Below are positions 18,513-25,294 of a stretch of DNA of 29,921 nt, piece after piece. This stretch comes from Gemmatimonadaceae bacterium (GTDB lineage: Bacteria > Gemmatimonadota > Gemmatimonadetes > Gemmatimonadales > Gemmatimonadaceae), in assembly GCA_040902005.1 (NCBI GenBank), contig JBBDYA010000081.1:63827-93747 (forward strand). Reading direction: 5' to 3'. The position numbers were made by a program, and so were the translations under genes. The notes beneath the pieces are model-generated. The model was not told the origin of the DNA and did no database searches. It saw nothing but the letters and a program-made list of their open reading frames with translations. Within the stretch, counting starts at the first letter, position 1. Every line of letters starts with the position of its first letter.

Positions 18513-20131
18513 GCGGTTCCCGTCTGGATGGCCTCGAGATTGGCGCGGGCCAGGGTGTTCTCCGGATCCAGCTCGAGCGCGCGCCGCCAGCACCGCGCCG
18601 CCTCCTCCCGCTCCTCCCGGCGCAGCTTGATGTTGCCGAGCTTCAGGTAGACGTCGTCGCCGAGATCCGGATTCGCCTTCACGGCGCGATCGAACGCGTC
18701 GAACGCCTCCTCGTAGCGCGCGGCCCGGTAGTACAGGTCGCCGATGTTCTTGTGGAGCTGCGCCATCGCGGGATCGTCCGTGAGGCCGTGCTCGGCGGCG
18801 AGGAGCGCCTCGTCGTACGACCCGCGCCGCTCGTGCAGCGCGGCGAGGTTGTTGTGCAGTGCGGCCACGCGCGGGTGCATCGTGAGCCCCTCCTGGAGGA
18901 CTTCGAGCGCGCGCCCGAGATCGCCCAACAGCGCCGCGGCCAGGGCCGCGTAGTGGAACCACGCGGCCGACGGCTTGCCACTCCAGAACGATTTCGCCGC
19001 GCTCAGGGCGCGATCGGCCGCGTGCAGGTCGCCCATCATGAGTGACACCACGCCGAGCGACGTCTGGATGCGGGCGTCCTTGGCGCCGCCGCGCTTCGTG
19101 GCGTCCTGAAGCGCGCTGAGCGCCTCGGCGTACCGCCCCATCCGCTCCAGCGCGAAGGCCAGATTGTGGTAGGTGGCCGGCTTCGCCCCAGGGCGCGCGG
19201 CGGCGTCGACCAGCGCCTCGATCGCGTCGTCCCACTTGCCCTGTCGCAACAGCACCAGGCCCAGGTAGAACCGCGCGTTCGCGTCGTCCTTGTTCTGGTC
19301 GAGGACGTGGCGGAACTCGCGCAGCGCCTCCTCGTGCATTCCGGTGCGGTAGAAGGCGGTGCCCAGGTTGCGGTGCTCCTCCGTCTTGCCCGCGGGCACC
19401 GCCTGGAGGTTCACCTTGCTGTTGCGCCCCACCCGGTGGATCAGCCCCGCGGTCAACAGCCCGTACAGCGCCTTGCCCACTTCGAACTCCACCAGCCCCG
19501 CCGCCTCCACGAGACTCACGACGTCGCGACGGCCGTCCACATGCTGCAGCACCGCCTGCTGCTCGGCCGTGAGCGCGAGCTCGGTGGCCGCGAGCTTCCG
19601 CCAGTCCGCGTCGAACACCATGTCGAAGCTGGGGACCTTCTTCTCGATGAGACTCCACTCGTCCACCCGCCGCGCCCCTTCGAGCAGCAGCGATTCCGGA
19701 TTGATGGACACGAGCAGATCCTGACGCTCGGGGTGTACCTCCGCCTCGAAATTGAACGTCCCCTCGTTCCACGTGAACAACGTGTACACCGCTTCCTCGA
19801 TCTGCACGCGCACGTGCTCGTGCAGCGCGTCACGCGTGAGGAACTCCAGGTCCACCAGCAGGTCGCCAATGCGCTTGTCGCGGTGCTTGCCCTGCGCATC
19901 GATCGCCTGCTGCAGTTGCTCGGCCGTAATCGAGCCCGCCTTGACGAGCATGTCCCCGATCCGGTCGCGGCGGTTCACGATGGAGGCGTACGAGATGCGC
20001 CCCTTGTCGAAGTAGATGTAACCGAAATTGTTGCGATGCGTCACGCTGAGACAGCCGGTCTTCTTCCCCATCGAGAGCAGCTGGAGCACGTCGGGCAGCG
20101 ATGCCTCGCGGAGCGAGCCCTTGATCGCCAT
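18509..20131 (-). CDS. DUF4388 (PATAN-like) domain protein with MshEN-like insert and C-terminal TPRs
   Basis: MAIKGSL...LPDVLQLL...KKTGCL, YFDKGRI, W..GTFNF and LLLEGARRVDEW, followed by about 7 TPRs. The start overlaps the upstream stop (TGATG). Confidence 0.85.
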   Translation of the reverse strand: MAIKGSLREASLPDVLQLLSMGKKTGCLSVTHRNNFGYIYFDKGRISYASIVNRRDRIGDMLVKAGSITAEQLQQAIDAQGKHRDKRIGDLLVDLEFLTRDALHEHVRVQIEEAVYTLFTWNEGTFNFEAEVHPERQDLLVSINPESLLLEGARRVDEWSLIEKKVPSFDMVFDADWRKLAATELALTAEQQAVLQHVDGRRDVVSLVEAAGLVEFEVGKALYGLLTAGLIHRVGRNSKVNLQAVPAGKTEEHRNLGTAFYRTGMHEEALREFRHVLDQNKDDANARFYLGLVLLRQGKWDDAIEALVDAAARPGAKPATYHNLAFALERMGRYAEALSALQDATKRGGAKDARIQTSLGVVSLMMGDLHAADRALSAAKSFWSGKPSAAWFHYAALAAALLGDLGRALEVLQEGLTMHPRVAALHNNLAALHERRGSYDEALLAAEHGLTDDPAMAQLHKNIGDLYYRAARYEEAFDAFDRAVKANPDLGDDVYLKLGNIKLRREEREEAARCWRRALELDPENTLARANLEAIQTGTA

Positions 20132-22074
20132 CAGCGCGGATCCTCGATCAGCCGCGCGCCGATGTCCGGCAGGTGCCACACGATCTTCTCGTCATCGAGG
20201 AAATACGGATCGGCGGCGCGCACGTCGGGGACGCCCGGCACCGGAGCGCCGCCGTCGAGTTCCGCCCGGGCGATGGCGGTGCTCAGCGGCAGGCCGGCAA
20301 TGTCCGCCGCCGCCACCACGCGGTGGACGAGGCCGATGACTTCGCGCACGCTGGCGGCTGCCCGATCCGCGAGATAGCCAACCAGCGCGTCCCGATCCAG
20401 CGTTTCGACGTCATTCAGATAGTGCGCGTAGAGTTTTTCGCGCAGGGCCCGGTCGGGCACCTGCATCTCCACCACCAGGCCCCCCTCGAACCGCGAGCGC
20501 AGCCGGTCCTCCAGTCCCTTGAGCTGCCGCGGTTCGCGATCGCTCGCAAACAGCAGCTGCTTGCCCTCGGTGTGGAGCGCGTTGAAGACATGGAAGAGCT
20601 CCTCCTGCGTGCGCTCCTTGCCCGCCACGAACTGCACGTCGTCGATGACGAGCGCGTCGGCGCCACGATAGCGGATCCGCCAGCGGTCCACGGTGCCTTC
20701 CTGGAGGGCGGCGATCAGCTCGTCCATGAACTGCTGGGCGCTCACGCACGCCACTACGGCCGCGCCACCGCTCGCGTTGATCATCTCGTTGCCCACGGCG
20801 TTGACGAGATGCGTCTTGCCCACGCCGCTGGGCCCGTACACGAACAGCGGGTTGTAGCGCTTGCCCGGCTCCTCGATCACCGCATCCGCCGCACGCACCG
20901 CCAGCTGGTTGCTGGGACCCACCTCGAAGCCCGTGCGCGTGAACGCCGCCGACGGCCCCGGTGGCGGCGACGAGCCCGCGAGCGCCCGCGTGGCCAGGGC
21001 CTCCGCCTCCGCCACCCGCAGCGGATCGCGGAAGACCTCGTCGGCGCCGAGGGCGGGGTCCACCGCCGTGGCCTGCCCCTCGAACAGGCGCAGCCGGTCG
21101 ATGTTCGCGAAGTATTCCCGCAGTGCGCCCTCGAAGTCGGTCTTCGGCCCGGCATCCTGCAACAGCCGCTCGAGCGCGCTGGTCCGGTACCCCTCACCGC
21201 TCCAGTAGGCGACCGCCTCCGCCACCTTGATCTTCCACGGGTCCACATGCTGCGCCACCGCGGTGGCGATGTCAGACACGAAGCTCTGGAAGTCCAGGTT
21301 GCCGCGCCCGCCGGACACGCGCGAAGTGCGCATCGGCGTGGGCGTGCGCATCGGGGGCTCGGCACCCGGCCCGAACATCCCGCGGACCTGATCCGCGCGC
21401 ACCTGGTCTCCGCCCAGCGTCTGCGTGGCGATGATGCGATTCAGCGCGCCCTGGAGCTCGCGGATGTTGCGGAACTCCATCTGCGCGAGTTCCTCCAGCA
21501 CGCCCCCCTGGAACCGGACGCCGCGTTCGTCGCACCGGGCGCGCATGATCGCGATGCGCGTCTCGAAGTCCGGGGGCGCGATGTCCACGATCAGGCCGCC
21601 GGAGAGGCGCGTGATGAGACGCTCGTCCACATCGGGAATTTCGGATGGCGGCCGGTCGCTGGTCATGACCACCTGCCGTCCGGTGCCCTGCAGCGCGTTC
21701 AGCAGCCGGAGCATCTCCGCCTGTGTCTCCCGGCGCCCGGTGAGGAACTGCATGTCATCGAGCAGCAGCACGTCCACCCGCCCATACCGCTGCTTGAACC
21801 GGTCGGTTTCGTTCATGGCGATCGCCGCGTGCAGTTGCTCCACGAAATCGTCGAGCGTCACGTACTCCACGTTCATGTCCGGCTGGCGCTGCTGGACGTA
21901 GTTGCCGATCGCGCTGATGAGGTGCGTCTTGCCCAGACCCGATCCGCTGTAGACGAAGAGCGGGTTGTAGGTGAGGCCAGGCTGCTCGGCGACGGCACGC
22001 GCCGCGGCGACGGCCAGCCGGTTGGCGGACCCGGTGACGAAGTTCTCGAACCGGTGGCGCGTGTCGACCTGCAT
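20131..22074 (-). CDS. protein with two tandem DnaA-type AAA+ domains, lacking DnaA domains I, II and IV
   Basis: Domain 1: FENFVTGSANRLA, YNPLFVYSGSGLGKTHL, LLLDDMQF, TSDRPP, RLITRL, NIRELQGAL. Domain 2: FEVGPSNQLA, YNPLFVYGPSGVGKTHL, LVIDDVQF, TQEELFHVFN, ASDREP, RLRSRFEGGL, SVREVIG. Confidence 0.88.
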   Translation of the reverse strand: MQVDTRHRFENFVTGSANRLAVAAARAVAEQPGLTYNPLFVYSGSGLGKTHLISAIGNYVQQRQPDMNVEYVTLDDFVEQLHAAIAMNETDRFKQRYGRVDVLLLDDMQFLTGRRETQAEMLRLLNALQGTGRQVVMTSDRPPSEIPDVDERLITRLSGGLIVDIAPPDFETRIAIMRARCDERGVRFQGGVLEELAQMEFRNIRELQGALNRIIATQTLGGDQVRADQVRGMFGPGAEPPMRTPTPMRTSRVSGGRGNLDFQSFVSDIATAVAQHVDPWKIKVAEAVAYWSGEGYRTSALERLLQDAGPKTDFEGALREYFANIDRLRLFEGQATAVDPALGADEVFRDPLRVAEAEALATRALAGSSPPPGPSAAFTRTGFEVGPSNQLAVRAADAVIEEPGKRYNPLFVYGPSGVGKTHLVNAVGNEMINASGGAAVVACVSAQQFMDELIAALQEGTVDRWRIRYRGADALVIDDVQFVAGKERTQEELFHVFNALHTEGKQLLFASDREPRQLKGLEDRLRSRFEGGLVVEMQVPDRALREKLYAHYLNDVETLDRDALVGYLADRAAASVREVIGLVHRVVAAADIAGLPLSTAIARAELDGGAPVPGVPDVRAADPYFLDDEKIVWHLPDIGARLIEDPR

Positions 22075-22082
22075 CACATCGC

Positions 22083-22682
22083 CTAGCGCGCCGCGCCCGC
22101 GCTCAACCGCTTGAGCACGAGTTCCGAGATGCCGCGCAGCGTTTCGAACACGCCGGGGCCGTGCAGGGCGTCGGCCGGATAGTCGGGCACCCCGCGAAAG
22201 TTGACCGTGTCCGACAGCTCGGCGGTGGTGAGAATCAGGTCGCTGGGCAGGTCCTGCTTGTTGTACTGGATCACCAGCGGAATCGTGCGCGCGTCCACGC
22301 CCTGCTCCGCCAGGTTCTGATGCAGATCCTGAAAGCTCTCGATGTTCTCCTGCAGCAGCCGCGCCTGACTGTCCGCGACGAACACGACGCCGTCCGCGCC
22401 CTGGAGCACCAGCTTCCGCGTCGCCTGGTAGTACACCTGCCCCGGCACGGTATACAGCTGAAAGCGCGTGGTGAATCCGGAAATCGTGCCCAGGTCCAGC
22501 GGCAGGAAATCGAAGAACAGCGTGCGGTCGGTCTGTGTCGCCAGCGAGACCATCGTGCCTTTGCGATCCTCCGGCACCTGCCCGTAGATGTAATGCAGAT
22601 TCGTCGTCTTCCCGGACCGCCCCGGTCCGTAGTAGACGATCTTGCACGTGATCTCGCGGGTCTGATAGTTGACTAAGGACAT
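22083..22682 (-). CDS. mglA: MglA-family small Ras-like GTPase
   Basis: KIVYYGPGRSGKTTNL, TDRTLFFDFLP, LYTVPGQVYY, ADGVVFVADSQ and YNKQDL. Confidence 0.95.
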   Translation of the reverse strand: MSLVNYQTREITCKIVYYGPGRSGKTTNLHYIYGQVPEDRKGTMVSLATQTDRTLFFDFLPLDLGTISGFTTRFQLYTVPGQVYYQATRKLVLQGADGVVFVADSQARLLQENIESFQDLHQNLAEQGVDARTIPLVIQYNKQDLPSDLILTTAELSDTVNFRGVPDYPADALHGPGVFETLRGISELVLKRLSAGAAR

Positions 22683-22691
22683 AGATGCGGG

Positions 22692-23162
22692 CTACGGCCG
22701 CCCGAACAATTCGGCGAGATTCCTGTTCAACTCGCCCTCAAAGTTGGCGCTCAACACCGGCCCCTGCGGCCCGACCGGCGGCGGGGCGGCGCTGGCGAGA
22801 TTCGTCTGGAGCTCCTCGAAGTACATGCGCACGAGACCGAGCGAGCTGTCCTGGTCGAACACTGTAAGAAAAATGTAGGGGCCGCGCGCGGTTTCCGCTT
22901 CCGCGAGAAAGATCTGCCGACCGGTGCCGGCATGCAGTCCGCGAAACGGTTTGCCCTCCAGCTGCCGCCCGAGTTCCGACGACGACGCGTGGATCGCCGC
23001 GGCCAGCGCGCACGCGGACATCACGTCCACCGCCCGCACGAAGCCGTGTTGCGCCAGCACCTGTCCGCTCGGATGCAGCAGCAGCGCGAGCTGGACGCCC
23101 GCGTCCAGCACGAACGCGCGCAGCGGCGTCTCGATCCAGGGCTCCACGGAGGTCTTGATCAC
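22692..23162 (-). CDS. mglB: MglB-like roadblock/LC7 protein (putative GAP)
   Basis: SGQVLAQHG, ALAAA and VFDQDSSLGLVR resemble the MglB core. A Pro-rich linker leads to a C-terminal amphipathic helix. Lies 9 nt upstream of mglA. Confidence 0.8.
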   Translation of the reverse strand: MIKTSVEPWIETPLRAFVLDAGVQLALLLHPSGQVLAQHGFVRAVDVMSACALAAAIHASSSELGRQLEGKPFRGLHAGTGRQIFLAEAETARGPYIFLTVFDQDSSLGLVRMYFEELQTNLASAAPPPVGPQGPVLSANFEGELNRNLAELFGRP

Positions 23163-23506
23163 GCGAGCGCCTCAGCGGACCGCAGCATCTCCACCCGGAT
23201 CATCCCCACGTTCGCGTCACGCTCGGCCACCACGACCAGCACCAGCTCGTCGCCACCGATCAGGCACAGCCGCCCGGACTCGGCTTCCAGCTGCATGAAG
23301 CCGGTTGCGCCGAACCCTGCGGCGGTGGCCGAGCGGCGCGCCTTGCGGTAGAGCGACGCGGACAGCGCCGCCACGCGACTGCCGTCCTGTCCGATCTGCA
23401 GGTTGGAATCGATCGCAATGCCGTCCGTGGCGCTGACGACGAGGCTGGCCCGCACACCGCGTTGCCGGATGAGCGCGTCGAGCACGGCGGTGAATCGCGT
23501 GGTCAT
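23159..23506 (-). CDS. roadblock/LC7 domain protein
   Basis: GVRASLVVSATDGIAIDS, VAALSASL, LEAESG and NVGMIRVEM. Overlaps both neighbours by 4 nt. Confidence 0.87.
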   Translation of the reverse strand: MTTRFTAVLDALIRQRGVRASLVVSATDGIAIDSNLQIGQDGSRVAALSASLYRKARRSATAAGFGATGFMQLEAESGRLCLIGGDELVLVVVAERDANVGMIRVEMLRSAEALA

Positions 23507-24333
23507 GCGAGCCCGGTCCCGCCGCCGGCCTTGAGCCACGCCTCCACCCGCGTGAGGCACCGATCGAGCAGGCGGCGCAACAACCCGAGCGGCGTCGCGG
23601 GCGCGCCCGCCAGCACGAGCATCCCGCCATCAGCCAGCGCGCCGCGGGCGGGCGAGAGTGACACCACCGCCTCCTCCGCCTCGAAGATGATCGAGCGCCA
23701 CGCGCCGATGCCGAGGTGTCGGGTGGCGCGGAAGGCCTCATCCGAGACGCCGGACAGGCTCGCGCCGACGTCCTGCGCCACGTCACGTCCGTCGGCGGCG
23801 TAGTACGCCCCCGCGAGCACGAGGCCGTCCTTCGTGAGCAGCATGGCGGTCTGGTCGTTCGTCAGCAGGCCCGCGAAGAGCAGATGCGGGTCGGACGGGA
23901 GATCGGGCGGCAGCGATTCCACGGACACGACGACGCCGGAGGACCGCCGCACGGTATCGATCGCCGCCGAGATGTCGGCGTCCTCGCCGATGCCCTGCGC
24001 CTGCACCAGCAGGCGCTCGGCTTCCTCGTGCGCGCCCTGCTGGAAGCGGACGAACGCCATCCCCTTGATCGCGCCCACGTGCCCCGGCAGCAGGCGGAGG
24101 ACCATATCCCATTCATCGAACGCGTCCTGCAGATCGCCGCGGTCCGCATGCACGCGCGCGAGCAGATCGTGCGCCTCGGGATTGTGGGGATGCCGCTCCA
24201 GTCCACGCGTGGCCACCTTGCGCGCCAGGTCGAGCTGCCCCTGGCGTCGCAGCGCTTCGGCGAGCGGGAGGAAGACCAGGCTGGCCGGATCGCGCGCGAG
24301 CTCGTCGCTCCAGGATCGCACGTCGTCAGCCAC
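23503..24333 (-). CDS. TPR + roadblock/LC7 fusion protein
   Basis: N-terminal TPRs (LAEALRRQG, ERHPHNPEAHDLLA, LLPGHVGA). C-terminal AMLLTKDGLVLAG...GASLSG...LGIGAW..IIFEAE...PLGLLR. Confidence 0.8.
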   Translation of the reverse strand: MADDVRSWSDELARDPASLVFLPLAEALRRQGQLDLARKVATRGLERHPHNPEAHDLLARVHADRGDLQDAFDEWDMVLRLLPGHVGAIKGMAFVRFQQGAHEEAERLLVQAQGIGEDADISAAIDTVRRSSGVVVSVESLPPDLPSDPHLLFAGLLTNDQTAMLLTKDGLVLAGAYYAADGRDVAQDVGASLSGVSDEAFRATRHLGIGAWRSIIFEAEEAVVSLSPARGALADGGMLVLAGAPATPLGLLRRLLDRCLTRVEAWLKAGGGTGLA

Positions 24334-25291
24334 CGGTGTGCTCCTCCAGCGCGGTCAGCAGGCGCGACGCCGCCTCCAGCGCGGCCTGCACCCGCGGCAC
24401 GGCGGGATCCGCGGGGGCCAGCGCGAGAAACTGCTCCCAGGCCACGCACGCCGTCCGCAAATCACCGGCGCGCGCCGCGGTGAATCCGCGATCGAGGTAG
24501 ACGGTGGCGTCTGGCGTGTGGGTGCGCGCGGCCGCCTTCGCTATCGACACGCTGATGCGCTGCCGGGCCGGGCGGCGGATCTCGATGACCCCGGTGGTGA
24601 CCAGGCCATAGGCGATCTTCGCGATCTCGAACTCGGCGCGACCAAGCTCGCCGGCGATCGCGCGCAGGTCGCGCTCGCCGTCGAGCATCGTGAGCACTTC
24701 CCACTCGTGCGGCAGCAGGTCGAGCTGCGTCTCGTGCTCCGGCGACACGGGTGCCAGCGACGGAATCACCGACACGTCGGGCACCTTCGACGCAATGCGC
24801 GACCATTCGTCGATGCGCCGCGCACTCTCCATCAGTAGCGACTCCGTCGCGATGTCGAGCCGCGCTTCTCCGGGGACATCGTCGATCTCGCGCTCCTCGA
24901 AGGAGAAGAACCCCTCCTGCCACTCCATCAACTCGAACACCACGCGCTCCAGTCGCTGCCGCAGCAGGCGATCCAGATCCCGCGCGCTCAACGCGCCCGC
25001 CTGGACGAGGATGTCGGTGGCGGTCGTTCCGTTGGCCAACTGGGCCTCGAACGCCCTGGCCTGCTCCAGATCGTGCGTGCCCACGCGCCCCGAGCGCAGG
25101 AGGATGTCGTCCAGGGTGGCCGGGTTGCTGCGGACATCCGCGAACACTACGCGGCCGCGCTCGAAATACACGGTCCCTTCGTCCTTGCGCGAGTCGGAGG
25201 TCACCCGCAGCATCCCCGTCTTCCGGCTGAGATCCAGCAGCTGGAAGACGTCGTGCACGCTGAGTTCGTGGAGTGGGCCCTCGATCGCCAT
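24326..25291 (-). CDS. DUF4388 (PATAN-like) domain protein with a C-terminal TPR-like helix pair
   Basis: MAIEGPL...DVFQLL...RKTGML, YFERGRV, W.EGFFSF and LLMESARRIDEW; paralogous to 18509-20131. Confidence 0.85.
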   Translation of the reverse strand: MAIEGPLHELSVHDVFQLLDLSRKTGMLRVTSDSRKDEGTVYFERGRVVFADVRSNPATLDDILLRSGRVGTHDLEQARAFEAQLANGTTATDILVQAGALSARDLDRLLRQRLERVVFELMEWQEGFFSFEEREIDDVPGEARLDIATESLLMESARRIDEWSRIASKVPDVSVIPSLAPVSPEHETQLDLLPHEWEVLTMLDGERDLRAIAGELGRAEFEIAKIAYGLVTTGVIEIRRPARQRISVSIAKAAARTHTPDATVYLDRGFTAARAGDLRTACVAWEQFLALAPADPAVPRVQAALEAASRLLTALEEHTGG

Positions 25292-25294
25292 GCG

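Noticed and set aside
20131..22074. Calling this gene dnaA or hda, or placing oriC here
   Set aside because: No domain I or IV, no clamp-binding motif, no dnaN/recF/gyrB neighbours, and no AT-rich intergenic region or DnaA-box cluster seen.
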